The position numbers were made by a program, and so were the translations under genes. A stretch of 64,000 nt of DNA from an uncultured Latescibacterota bacterium (GTDB taxonomy: Bacteria > Latescibacterota > UBA2968), in contig OY282377.1 in assembly GCA_958295785.1 (NCBI GenBank), positions 3,328,385-3,392,384 on the forward strand, given 5' to 3'. Under the pieces are notes generated by a model, which ran no database searches, was not told where the DNA came from, and saw only the letters and a list, made by a program, of their open reading frames with translations. The first letter of the stretch is position 1. Each line of letters opens with the position of its first letter. Positions 47,408 through 57,264 of this stretch are shown piece by piece.

Positions 47408-48002
47408 TGCCATTCGACAATTTCGTGCGAATATGGAACGGGTACGCGCTATCGGCGGGTTGTATGAGGCACTCGATCAATTGACGACACCTGCCGTAGA
47501 TGCAACAGATCTTTTACGCACACAAATCGCGATGGCTATAAGCGCGCTCGACCATTACATCCACTCGATCACCCGGATTGGGATGTTAGAGGTGTACGAT
47601 GAAAAACGTCCTCCGACCAATGCTTTTTCGCGCTTTCAAGTGACGATAGATGCGGCCATGACAGGGATTGCCGAATCGGTCGGAAACGCTTGGTTTGAGA
47701 TGGAAATCCGCGAGAAACACGGATATATGGCCTTTCAGCATCCAGACAAGATAGCGGATGCGGTGCGGCTTTTCTCATCGTGCGAGTTATGGACATCCGT
47801 TGCTTCGCAACTGGGGTTGACAGTACAAGACGTGAAAAATCGGCTTCGCCTTATCGTCGATCGCCGCAATCGGATCGTTCATGAGGCCGACCTGGATCCG
47901 AGTTATCCCGGGAGCCGTTGGCCTATTTCACCTTCTGACTCGGCGGAGGCCGCAGATTTTATCCAAGACATTTGCGAAGCCATTCATGAGGTTGTTACAT
48001 AA
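47400..48002 (+). CDS. HEPN-like protein (Rx4-6H motif RRNRIVHE near the C-terminus) co-operonic with the ParA-like ATPase
   Basis: ATG at 47400 overlaps the upstream stop. ..LRLIVDRRNRIVHEADLD fits the HEPN Rx4H signature. The predicted protein is all alpha-helical. Confidence 0.45.
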   Translation: MLSAIRQFRANMERVRAIGGLYEALDQLTTPAVDATDLLRTQIAMAISALDHYIHSITRIGMLEVYDEKRPPTNAFSRFQVTIDAAMTGIAESVGNAWFEMEIREKHGYMAFQHPDKIADAVRLFSSCELWTSVASQLGLTVQDVKNRLRLIVDRRNRIVHEADLDPSYPGSRWPISPSDSAEAADFIQDICEAIHEVVT

Positions 48003-48028
48003 ACCGCAACACAATGAGGGATGAATAC

Positions 48029-48778
48029 ATGTTGGAAATTCGGAATTTGCATGCCGGTGTGGAGGGCGCGAAAATTTTGCACGGCATTGATCTCGCGGTC
48101 AATGCGGGCGAAACCCACGCCATTATGGGCCCCAATGGGTCGGGCAAGAGCACATTGGCGCAGGTGCTCGCGGGGCACGAAGCGTATTGCGTCACGGCGG
48201 GCGAAGTTTTCTATCGGGGCGAAGACCTGCTCGATATGGCCCCTGATGAGCGCGCGGCGCAGGGCTTCTTTCTCGCGTTTCAATATCCGGTGGAAATCCC
48301 CGGCGTGAACAGCGCGTACTTTTTGCGGACGGCCCTCAACGCCATTCGCAAAGCGAGAGAGGAAGATGAGATCGATGCGTTTGACTTTCTCTCCCTGATC
48401 CGCGACAAACTCAAACTGGTCGAAATGGACGAAAAATTTCTCAATCGCCCGGTCAACGAGGGCTTTTCTGGCGGAGAAAAAAAACGCCATGAAATTTTGC
48501 AGATGGCCGTTTTGGAACCCCGCCTCGCCATTCTCGACGAGACCGATTCCGGCCTGGACATCGACGCGTTGCGCGTTGTTGCCCATGGGGTCAACACCCT
48601 GCACGGCCCGGACAAAGCGACCATTGTGGTGACGCACTACCAGCGGTTGCTCAACGACATTGTGCCCGATGTCGTCCATGTGATGCTCGACGGGCGCATT
48701 GTGCAATCGGGCGACAAAACCCTCGCCTTGGAATTGGAAGAAAAGGGATATGACTGGATAAAAGAAAAACGCGGTTAG
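48029..48778 (+). CDS. sufC: Fe-S cluster assembly ATPase SufC
   Basis: Walker A GPNGSGKST, ABC signature FSGGEKKR, Walker B LAILDETDSGLD. Confidence 0.9.
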   Translation: MLEIRNLHAGVEGAKILHGIDLAVNAGETHAIMGPNGSGKSTLAQVLAGHEAYCVTAGEVFYRGEDLLDMAPDERAAQGFFLAFQYPVEIPGVNSAYFLRTALNAIRKAREEDEIDAFDFLSLIRDKLKLVEMDEKFLNRPVNEGFSGGEKKRHEILQMAVLEPRLAILDETDSGLDIDALRVVAHGVNTLHGPDKATIVVTHYQRLLNDIVPDVVHVMLDGRIVQSGDKTLALELEEKGYDWIKEKRG

Positions 48779-48873
48779 ACAAACCCCGCCCCACGCGGCC
48801 AATCCGTCCATCCCCCTCGCATCCGACAGTGGAGATAGGCGGGACGGATAGCTTCTTTGAGGAAATGCGACAC

Positions 48874-50163
48874 ATGGCATACAATCACCCATCGTGGATT
48901 CGGAAATTTGAAACAGCGTGCAATGGGCAACCCCTTCGAGCCTTGCGCGAAACGGCAATGGTCGATTTTGACCGGTTGGGCTATCCCACCACCGCGGATG
49001 AAGCGTGGAAAAGCGTGAATCTGTCCGCGCTCATCAAGCCCGATTTCCAACCCGCTGCCCCTGTCCCGCTGTCAGATGCAGAATTGGCCCCCTTTCTCTA
49101 TCCCGACCTGCGGGCCATCCGCATCGTCTTTGTCAATGGGCACTACGCGCCAACACCTATATCTGAGGCGGCCTTAACTATCGCCAATCTCGCCGATGTG
49201 TATGACCACGCGCTCGTCAAAGCGCGTTTGGGAACACTCGCGCGAACAGCAAACCTGCCCTTCACGGCCCTCAACACGGCCTTCATGCGCGATGGCGTAT
49301 TTATCCGCGTTCCGCCAAATGTCGCGGTTGAAACACCCGTGCATCTCCTCTTTCTCACAACGGCTTCAGAGGTGCCCACGATATCGCATCCTCGCGTCTT
49401 GATCATCGCGGAAGAGAACAGCCAACTCGCGCTTGTCGAAACGCATGCCGGAATCGATACAGGCGTTTATTTTAGCAATGCGGTGACGGAAATCATCGCC
49501 CGCGACAATGCCAGTGTGGATCACATTCGCCTCGGGCTGCAAAGCAAGGAGGCATTGCACATCGCCAATTTTCAGGCCGAACTCGGGCGCAACAGCCGGC
49601 TGACTTTGCACGATTTTACCCTCGGCGGGGCATTTGTGCGCCACGACATCAGCGCGTACTTGCGCGGCGAGGGCGGCGAGGCCACGGTCAATGGCTGTTA
49701 TGTGCTCAACGGGTCTCAGCATGTGGATAATTATACCCTGCTCGAGCACGCCGAACCCCATTGCCCGAGCCACGAACTCTACAAGGGGATTTTGGGCGGG
49801 TCCGCGCGCGCCATTTTTCGGGGAAAAATTCACGTCCACCAAAAGGCGCAACACACAGACGCTTACCAGCAAAACGAAAATATTTTGCTATCGGACAATG
49901 CGCGGGTCAACGCCAAACCACAACTCGAAATCTATGCGGACGAGGTCAAGTGTTCGCACGGCGCGACTATCGGGCAACTCGACGAAAACGCCTTGTTTTA
50001 TTTGCAAGCGCGGGGCATTGCCAAAGCCGAGGCCCGGCGGCTATTGTTGCGCGCCTTTGCCGAAGAGGTCGTCGGGCGCGTGCCCCTTGCCCCTGTGCGG
50101 TCACATCTGAGCGATTTGATCGACGCGCGCCTCGCCCACATCCACGCAGAGGACATGGCATGA
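48874..50163 (+). CDS. sufD: Fe-S cluster assembly protein SufD
   Basis: SufB/SufD-family beta-helix region. Sits between sufC and sufS. Confidence 0.8.
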   Translation: MAYNHPSWIRKFETACNGQPLRALRETAMVDFDRLGYPTTADEAWKSVNLSALIKPDFQPAAPVPLSDAELAPFLYPDLRAIRIVFVNGHYAPTPISEAALTIANLADVYDHALVKARLGTLARTANLPFTALNTAFMRDGVFIRVPPNVAVETPVHLLFLTTASEVPTISHPRVLIIAEENSQLALVETHAGIDTGVYFSNAVTEIIARDNASVDHIRLGLQSKEALHIANFQAELGRNSRLTLHDFTLGGAFVRHDISAYLRGEGGEATVNGCYVLNGSQHVDNYTLLEHAEPHCPSHELYKGILGGSARAIFRGKIHVHQKAQHTDAYQQNENILLSDNARVNAKPQLEIYADEVKCSHGATIGQLDENALFYLQARGIAKAEARRLLLRAFAEEVVGRVPLAPVRSHLSDLIDARLAHIHAEDMA

Positions 50164-51440
50164 ATTCGCCATTGGACATCCTAACGCTTCAACCGCCCGA
50201 GGCTATCGCGCGTCCGGCACAGCCTTTTGATGTGCGCCGCATTCGCGCAGATTTTCCCATTTTGGGCGAACGAGTGCGGGGCCAACCGCTCGCGTACCTC
50301 GACAACGGCGCCACCGCGCAAAAACCATACGCGGTCATCGACGCGCTCGCGCATTATTACGCAACGCAAAATGCCAATGTGCATCGCGGCGTACACCACC
50401 TCTCGCAGGTTGCGACCGACGCGTACGAAGCGGCGAGGAGAAAAGTCGCATCCTTCATCAACGCGGCCTCGGACCGGGAAATCATTTTTGTGCGCGGAAC
50501 CACCGAGGGCATCAACCTCATCGCGCAAACTTTTGGACGCGAGGGCGTTGGCGAAGGCGATGAAATCATCGTCAGCGAAATGGAGCACCATTCCAACATC
50601 GTTCCGTGGTGGATGCTCTGCCGGGAAAAGGGCGCGAAATTGCGCGTCATTCCCATGAACGACCGGGGCGAATTCCGTTTGGATGCGTATAAAACCCTGT
50701 TCTCGCCGCGCACAAAACTCGTGTCTTTTGTCCACATTTCCAACGTGCTCGGCACGGTCAATCCGGCCGCGGAAATGGTGGGCATCGCGCGTGAGCACGG
50801 CGTGCCCGTACACATCGACGGGGCGCAAGCCGTGCCGCATCAGCGCGTAGATGTGCGCGAGATAGATTGCGATTTCTACACGTTTTCCGGGCACAAAATG
50901 TTCGCGCCCACCGGCATTGGCGTCCTCTACGGCAGGGAAACGCTCCTCGAATCCATGCCGCCCTACCACGGCGGGGGCAGCATGATCCAGCATGTGGATT
51001 TTGACGAGATCACGTACGCGGACTTGCCCAACAAGTTTGAAGCCGGCACGCCCAATATCGCGGGCAGCATTGGCTTGGGCGCGGCCATCGACTATCTCAA
51101 CAGCATCGACTTTGACGGCGCAGCGCGATACGAAGCCCAGCTCTTGGAATACGCCCACGCGGCCTTGCGCGCGGTGCCCGACCTCAAATTGATCGGCACG
51201 GCAAAGCACAAAGTGGGCGTGCTCTCGTTTGTCCTGTCCGACATTCACCCCCACGACGCGGGCACGATTCTCGACCTTGCCGGCGTTGCCGTGCGCGCCG
51301 GGCACCACTGCGCCCAACCCATTATGAAACACTACGACATCCCCGCAGCCACGCGCGCCTCGTTGGCATTTTACAATACCCGCGAAGACATTGACGCGCT
51401 GGTGCGCGGGCTTCACAAAGTGCGAAAGGTTTTTGGCTGA
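50160..51440 (+). CDS. sufS: cysteine desulfurase SufS
   Basis: ATGA overlap with the sufD stop. Class V aminotransferase. SGHKMFAPTGIGVLYG carries the PLP lysine. RAGHHCAQP carries the active Cys. Confidence 0.9.
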   Translation: MNSPLDILTLQPPEAIARPAQPFDVRRIRADFPILGERVRGQPLAYLDNGATAQKPYAVIDALAHYYATQNANVHRGVHHLSQVATDAYEAARRKVASFINAASDREIIFVRGTTEGINLIAQTFGREGVGEGDEIIVSEMEHHSNIVPWWMLCREKGAKLRVIPMNDRGEFRLDAYKTLFSPRTKLVSFVHISNVLGTVNPAAEMVGIAREHGVPVHIDGAQAVPHQRVDVREIDCDFYTFSGHKMFAPTGIGVLYGRETLLESMPPYHGGGSMIQHVDFDEITYADLPNKFEAGTPNIAGSIGLGAAIDYLNSIDFDGAARYEAQLLEYAHAALRAVPDLKLIGTAKHKVGVLSFVLSDIHPHDAGTILDLAGVAVRAGHHCAQPIMKHYDIPAATRASLAFYNTREDIDALVRGLHKVRKVFG

Positions 51441-51901
51441 TGTCCAATTTGCGCGAACTCTACCAGCAACTCATTCTGGATCACAACAAAAATCCCAGAA
51501 ATTTTCGCGCGCTCGATCCCGCGGACCGCTATGCCGAAGGCCACAACCCCCTGTGTGGCGATAGGGTGCAGATCTATCTCCAAATTGAGGGCAACCGCAT
51601 TGCAGAAATCGGCTTTCAAGGGTCGGGATGCGCGATTTCCAAAGCATCGGCGTCTTTGATGACCGAAGCCGTTCAAGGCAAAACCCTCGGCGAAACAGAA
51701 GCCTATTTCAAAGACTTTCAGGCGATGCTCACCGATCCGACCAGCGAGCCGGACCTCAACCATATAGGCAAATTATCGGTTTTTGCCAGCGTGCGCGACT
51801 ATCCCACCCGCGTCAAGTGCGCGACCCTGTCGTGGCACGCGCTTCGGGCAGCCATAGAAAATGCCCACACACCCGCAACCACAGAAAGAGATGACCCATG
51901 A
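51440..51901 (+). CDS. sufU: SufU/NifU-type zinc-dependent sulfur transfer protein
   Basis: NPLCGDRVQIYL ... GSGCAISKASASLMTEAV ... VKCATLSWHAL. Confidence 0.85.
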   Translation: MSNLRELYQQLILDHNKNPRNFRALDPADRYAEGHNPLCGDRVQIYLQIEGNRIAEIGFQGSGCAISKASASLMTEAVQGKTLGETEAYFKDFQAMLTDPTSEPDLNHIGKLSVFASVRDYPTRVKCATLSWHALRAAIENAHTPATTERDDP

Positions 51902-52311
51902 GCCTCTTGAACATATTCCGCAAAGATGACGCCCCTGCAACACCCAAAGGGGAAATTCACAATATCGAAGCCCCGCCAACGCCCGCATCAAAAGACCCCA
52001 TCGACCCCGAGGCGGTCCGGGAAGAAATTGTGAAGGCCCTCAAAACCGTGTACGATCCAGAAATTCCGGTTGACATTTACGAACTCGGCCTCATCTACGA
52101 TATCAAAGTGGAAGAAGACGGCAATACATTCGTTCTAATGACGCTGACCGCGCCCAACTGCCCGGCCGCGGGCATTTTGCCCGGGCAAGTCGAATCGGCC
52201 GCCCGATCAGTCGATGGCGTTTACGATGTCAAACTCGATCTCGTTTTTGACCCCCCCTGGACGCCAGAACGCATGTCAGAAGCGGCCAAACTCGAGTTGG
52301 GGATGTTTTGA
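51898..52311 (+). CDS. DUF59/MIP18-family Fe-S assembly protein (SufT-like)
   Basis: VYDPEIPVDIYELGLIYDIKV ... LTAPNCPAAG. Confidence 0.75.
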   Translation: MSLLNIFRKDDAPATPKGEIHNIEAPPTPASKDPIDPEAVREEIVKALKTVYDPEIPVDIYELGLIYDIKVEEDGNTFVLMTLTAPNCPAAGILPGQVESAARSVDGVYDVKLDLVFDPPWTPERMSEAAKLELGMF

Positions 52312-52357
52312 ATGCGGCACTTCGCGGTGTCCATTTTCCATCTCAAAAGGAAAAACA

Positions 52358-53938
52358 ATGCTCTTGACGCTTAAACAGGCGAGCGAATGGGCATCGGAAT
52401 ACGCCAATAAAAACGTGACGCCTTCCAATATCTCGTATTTGATTCAGTACGCGCGGATCAAATGTGTCGTCAATAACGGCGTCAAGCTCATTCCCAAAGA
52501 AAGCCTGATTGCGTACTACGCCGCGCACCAAAAGCGCCGAGAGACCCGGTGGAAAGAACAACTCGGAAGCGACTTGAATTGGCATCTTTCCTTTGAAGAG
52601 GTCAAAGAAGCGGAAACCACGAAGCACGTACACCGGTTGCACCCCTACAAAGGAAAATTCATTCCCCAACTGGTCGAATATTTCTTGGACGACCATACGG
52701 ACGACTTTAAGCGGGACACCTATTTTGAGCCAAATGATATTGTCCTCGACCCTTTTTGTGGCAGTGGGACCACACTGGTTCAAGCCAACGAACTGGGCAT
52801 GCACGCCATTGGCATTGATATTTCGGCTTTCAACGCTTTGATCGGCAATGCCAAAGTTGCGGGTTACAATTTGGGCGAGTTATACGCCGAAAGCTGGAAA
52901 ATTACAACCGCCCTGAGAAATTTTGTATCCCGCTCGAACATCCTCACATTTGACTCTAAACTCGCTGAACGGCTCGCGGCCTTCAACGCGGCGCATTTTT
53001 CCGTTGCTTTCAAGCAGCGGGTCAAAACCGGGGAAATTGATCAGAAAAACTACGGCAACGAAAAGGACGCCGCCTTTCTGAAAACGTATCGCCAACTCGT
53101 TGCGGAGTACCAAATTGATTTACGGATGTCTGCGGACTCGGGTAGCTTTATGCGACATTGGTATCTGCCGTGCATTCGGGCGGAGATCAATTTTGTCCAC
53201 AGCATGATTCGACAAGTCGCAGATGAGGCGACCCAAAGAGCACTGATGCTGATTTTGAGCCGCACCATCCGCTCGTGCCGGGCGACAACCCATGCGGATT
53301 TAGGCACGTTAAAAGAACCGATCACAACGACCTATTATTGCCGAAAACACGGAAAAATCTGCAAACCGCTGTTTTCCATTTTGGGTTGGTGGGAGCGATA
53401 CAGCGAGGACAGCGTACAGCGATGGGATGCGTTTAGACAGATAAAAACGGATACTTTTCAACACTGTTTGACCGGGGATTCTCGAACCATCGACATTTTT
53501 AAGGCCGTCAGACAGGCGAATCCGCGTCTCGCCGAACGCGCCGAAAAACAACGGATCAAGGGCATTTTTTCCAGCCCGCCTTATGTCGGTTTAATCAACT
53601 ACCACGACCAACACGCCTATGCCTACGATTTGTTTGGTTTCAACAGGCGCGATGAATCGGAGATCGGCCCTTTGTTTAAGGGCAAGGGGAAAGAGGCCAG
53701 AGCATCGTATATTCGAGGGGTGTCGGAGGTCTTAAAGAATTGCAAGCGATTTTTGGCAAAAAATTGCGACGTGTTTCTCGTGGCAAACGATCAGTTTGAC
53801 ATATATCCGACCATAGCGGAAAGAGCGGGGATGCAAATTGTTGACCAGCACAAACGGCCCGTCTTAAATCGCACGGAGAAAAACAGGGGTTCGGCGTATT
53901 CCGAAACGATATTTCATCTGAAAGCACAAAATCACTAA
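52358..53938 (+). CDS. alpha-class N6A/N4C DNA methyltransferase with N-terminal extra domain, AT-rich
   Basis: Motif X HPYKGKFIPQLVEYFL and motif I LDPFCGSGTT near the N-terminus. Motif IV FSSPPYVGLINY lies ~250 aa later. GC is lower than the flanks. Confidence 0.7.
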   Translation: MLLTLKQASEWASEYANKNVTPSNISYLIQYARIKCVVNNGVKLIPKESLIAYYAAHQKRRETRWKEQLGSDLNWHLSFEEVKEAETTKHVHRLHPYKGKFIPQLVEYFLDDHTDDFKRDTYFEPNDIVLDPFCGSGTTLVQANELGMHAIGIDISAFNALIGNAKVAGYNLGELYAESWKITTALRNFVSRSNILTFDSKLAERLAAFNAAHFSVAFKQRVKTGEIDQKNYGNEKDAAFLKTYRQLVAEYQIDLRMSADSGSFMRHWYLPCIRAEINFVHSMIRQVADEATQRALMLILSRTIRSCRATTHADLGTLKEPITTTYYCRKHGKICKPLFSILGWWERYSEDSVQRWDAFRQIKTDTFQHCLTGDSRTIDIFKAVRQANPRLAERAEKQRIKGIFSSPPYVGLINYHDQHAYAYDLFGFNRRDESEIGPLFKGKGKEARASYIRGVSEVLKNCKRFLAKNCDVFLVANDQFDIYPTIAERAGMQIVDQHKRPVLNRTEKNRGSAYSETIFHLKAQNH

Positions 53939-53953
53939 TGGGCGGTATGCGAT

Positions 53954-54583
53954 ATGGACCGCGTTTTCATCTACTGGGACAATTCCAATATTTTTCACGA
54001 GGCGCAACGCCTTGCCGAAGAACGCAATGAAGGTGCTGACGCCCGTTACCGCGTGCGTATTCACTTCGGCAACTTGTTGCGCTTGGCGCATGCCGACCGA
54101 CCGCTGGCAAAGGCACTCGCCGCCGGTTCTGTGCCGCCGGAAATGCGCCAGTTGTGGAATCGGATGGAAAGCGGGGGTGTGGAAGTCCAGTTGTTTGACC
54201 GCGGCAACCCAGAACGCGGCGAACAAGAAATGCCCGACCGCGTGTTGCAGTTGCGAATGTTGGAAGACGCGCTGGATTACAACGGCGACCCCGGCATTGT
54301 GGTGTTGCTGACCGGCGATGGCGCGGGCTACTTGCAAGGCGCGGGTTTCCACAGCACGCTGGCGCGCATGCACAAACGCGACTGGCGCGTGGAAATCCTG
54401 TCGTGGGCACACGCTTGCAACCAGCGGATGCGCCGATGGGCAGAAGAAAACGGGGCGTTTGTGGCGTTGGACGACTTTTACGAAGCCATAACCTTCAGGG
54501 AGCCATCCAGGGCCGGGTTTGCGCTCGCGGCGGCACGCGATTCTGCGGCATTGGATTTGTCGCAGCGGGCGATGGCTCAATGA
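53954..54583 (+). CDS. NYN/LabA-like (PIN-fold) nuclease domain protein
   Basis: MDRVFIYWDNSNIFH ... IVVLLTGDGAGY matches NYN motifs. 16 nt downstream of the MTase. Confidence 0.6.
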   Translation: MDRVFIYWDNSNIFHEAQRLAEERNEGADARYRVRIHFGNLLRLAHADRPLAKALAAGSVPPEMRQLWNRMESGGVEVQLFDRGNPERGEQEMPDRVLQLRMLEDALDYNGDPGIVVLLTGDGAGYLQGAGFHSTLARMHKRDWRVEILSWAHACNQRMRRWAEENGAFVALDDFYEAITFREPSRAGFALAAARDSAALDLSQRAMAQ

Positions 54584-54606
54584 CGCGAAAATAGAAAGGT
54601 GTTTTT

Positions 54607-55089
54607 ATGAAATTGAGCGCGCAAGAAGAATACGGCCTGCGCTGTCTCCTGCAAGTCGCGCAGCGCGAATCCGAAACGGGAGCGAGCATTGCGATTCCCG
54701 AAATCAGCCGCGCCGAAGGCTTGTCCCCCGCCCATGTGGGCAAACTCGTGCGCCTGTTGCGAATTGGCAACCTCGTCAAAAGCGTGCGCGGTCAAGCTGG
54801 CGGTTACAAATTGGCGCGACCCGCCCGCGAAATCCTGATCGCCGATGTGCTCGACGCGCTCGGCGGTCCGTTCTTCAACGACGACTTTTGCGACGAACAC
54901 ACGGGCCATGAAGCGTGTTGCACGCATTCTGTCAACTGCTCGATTCGCACCCTCTGGAACGCCATCCAATTTGTGGTCGACCAGATGCTCGACCGCATTA
55001 CATTGCAAGACCTGATGGGCGATGGGCAGCAGCTTGAAACCCATCTCGCGCACAAAGCCGACAAACTCTTGCAGGTGGCGATGCCGTAG
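54607..55089 (+). CDS. Rrf2-family (IscR/SufR-like) transcriptional regulator
   Basis: N-terminal wHTH LSAQEEYGLRCLLQVA. Cys-rich cluster region C..EAC..C..C. Confidence 0.75.
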   Translation: MKLSAQEEYGLRCLLQVAQRESETGASIAIPEISRAEGLSPAHVGKLVRLLRIGNLVKSVRGQAGGYKLARPAREILIADVLDALGGPFFNDDFCDEHTGHEACCTHSVNCSIRTLWNAIQFVVDQMLDRITLQDLMGDGQQLETHLAHKADKLLQVAMP

Positions 55090-55134
55090 AGGCGTGAGAC
55101 GAGAGACGTAAGATGGGCCTTCTCACCTCTTGTA

Positions 55135-55200
55135 TCTTTGGGCGAGCACGGGGGCATCGCCCCTACGTTTCTATCCTTCCATCTTACGTCTTACTGCTTC
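55135..55200. repeat. REP-like unit
   Basis: gggcgagcacgggggcatcgcccctacgtttctatccttccatcttacg. Related reverse-complement copy at 57110-57160. Confidence 0.7.
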
Positions 55201-55261
55201 CGTTTGTTTTGCCGACCACTGCCCACTAACTGCTGAGAGCTTTTTTTTGAGGAGAAATGTT

Positions 55262-55846
55262 ATGAAGATCACCGTTACGGATGTTGCACAAACAGAAATC
55301 ACCCGCTTGATTTATGAACAAGAACAGGTGATTACAGGCGTGCGGATTGCCGCTGAGGCGACATCCCCGTTGCAGGCCAACTACCGCCTCGCCTTTGTGG
55401 CCGAAGGGCAGGACACGGGCCGCGATACCGCGATTCCATTCGATGGCTTCAACATTTACATCGACGGAGACAGCGTGCCTTATACCCAAGACATCACGCT
55501 CGATTTTGTCGATGGCCTGATGGGGCGCGGTTTCAAAATTGACAACCCGCACAAAGTGCCGCCGCACCTCAAAGGCAGCGTGGCTGAAAAAATCCAAATG
55601 GTCATCGACGAAAAAATCAACCCGAGCATTGCCGCGCACGGCGGGCATGTGGCATTGGTCAATGTGGAGGAAAACGCAGCCTATCTTCAATTTGGCGGTG
55701 GATGCCAGGGCTGTGGGATGGTCGATGTCACGCTCAAGCAGGGCGTGGAAGTCATGATCAAAGAAGCCGTTCCCGAGATCGAAAGCGTCCGCGACATCAC
55801 AGACCACGCCGAAGGCACCAATCCGTATTATCAAGCCGCGCAGTAA
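55262..55846 (+). CDS. NfuA-like Fe-S carrier (degenerate A-type domain + Nfu domain)
   Basis: C-terminal LQFGGGCQGCGMVDVTLKQGVE carries the Nfu CxxC motif. Confidence 0.65.
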   Translation: MKITVTDVAQTEITRLIYEQEQVITGVRIAAEATSPLQANYRLAFVAEGQDTGRDTAIPFDGFNIYIDGDSVPYTQDITLDFVDGLMGRGFKIDNPHKVPPHLKGSVAEKIQMVIDEKINPSIAAHGGHVALVNVEENAAYLQFGGGCQGCGMVDVTLKQGVEVMIKEAVPEIESVRDITDHAEGTNPYYQAAQ

Positions 55847-56097
55847 AGGCCCGATGCCCACCGCTACGCGCAAAAACAAAGCACCCGATTCTCTTATGTG
55901 AAATCGGGTGCTCTGTTTTGGATCCCGTTTTAACATTGATTGTGACTGCGAAAGGCGCGAAAAGACGCGAAAAAACAATTAAATTTGTGTAACCTGGAGG
56001 CTGTCCAAAGCGGTCGCACGCGCCGGAATTTCTGCGGCAAAAGAATGAGATTGTCGATGCGATATTCCCCGCCTTGTAGGCACTTTGCACTATTTCC

Positions 56098-57075
56098 ATG
56101 CCCCACATCATTGTCGAAAATCTGATCAAAACCTTTCACATCGCCCAGCGGCAGCCCGGGGTTTGGGGTGCGTTGCGCGGCGTCATACATCGCAACTACC
56201 GCGAGATCGCGGCCTTGGACGGCATCTCGTTTGCGATTGAGCCCGGGGAACTCGTGGGTTATATCGGGCCGAATGGCGCGGGAAAATCCACCACGGTCAA
56301 AGTCTTGTCCGGCATTCTCGTGCCAGACGCGGGGCATTGTGAAATCCTCGGGCGCGTCCCGTGGAAAGAACGCATCGCGCATGTGGCGCGAATCGGCGTG
56401 GTCTTTGGGCAACGCACGCAATTGTGGTGGGATTTGCCGGTCATCGAATCTTTTGATTTGCTCCGCGACATCTACCGCGTTGACCCGCGCCAATACGGGC
56501 AAACCCGCGATGAATTGATCGCCCTGCTCGCCCTCGAAGATCTCCTCGACATTCCGGTGCGCCAACTCAGTTTGGGACAACGCACGCGCTGCGACCTGGC
56601 CGCGGCCCTCATCCATCGCCCGGCCATCCTGTTTTTGGACGAACCCACGATAGGCTTGGACGCAGTCGCCAAACTCGCGGTGCGCGACTTTATCAAACGT
56701 CTCAACCGCGAGCAAAACATCACGGTCATCCTCACCACGCACGACATGGACGACATCGAAGCCCTTTGCACGCGCGTCATGGTCATCGCGCAGGGACAAA
56801 TTTTGTCCGATGGCACGCTCGAAGCCCTCCGCGACCGAGTCACCAAAGAGCGGCGTCTGATCGTCGATCTGGAAGGCACGGAAGACATCGCGGATCCGGA
56901 CGCCCATGTGATCTTGCGAGACGGGCATCGCGTGCATCTCGCGTTTGATCCGGACCGCATACCCCCCGCGGAGTTGATCGCCCGCATCACCGCGCATCAC
57001 CCCGTGCGCGATCTCTTTGTCGAAAACGCGCCTATCGAGGAAATCATCTCGCGCCTTTACGCAGAAAATCGCTGA
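56098..57075 (+). CDS. ABC transporter ATP-binding protein
   Basis: GPNGAGKST, LSLGQRTRC, ILFLDEPTIGLD. Confidence 0.85.
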   Translation: MPHIIVENLIKTFHIAQRQPGVWGALRGVIHRNYREIAALDGISFAIEPGELVGYIGPNGAGKSTTVKVLSGILVPDAGHCEILGRVPWKERIAHVARIGVVFGQRTQLWWDLPVIESFDLLRDIYRVDPRQYGQTRDELIALLALEDLLDIPVRQLSLGQRTRCDLAAALIHRPAILFLDEPTIGLDAVAKLAVRDFIKRLNREQNITVILTTHDMDDIEALCTRVMVIAQGQILSDGTLEALRDRVTKERRLIVDLEGTEDIADPDAHVILRDGHRVHLAFDPDRIPPAELIARITAHHPVRDLFVENAPIEEIISRLYAENR

Positions 57076-57264
57076 CGGATTTGCCACAAAAGGCACAGAA
57101 TGCGAAGATAAAAACGTAGGGGCGCGGCCCCGTGCTCGCCCAAAGATACAAGACGTAAGCCCCACCCAACCACCCAACCGCGTTTTTCCGATTCGTTGAT
57201 AAACGGGCTTGATAAACGGTCAGTTGTCCCCCGCTTTGCGGATTCGCCGCGTACTGTGAATTTT

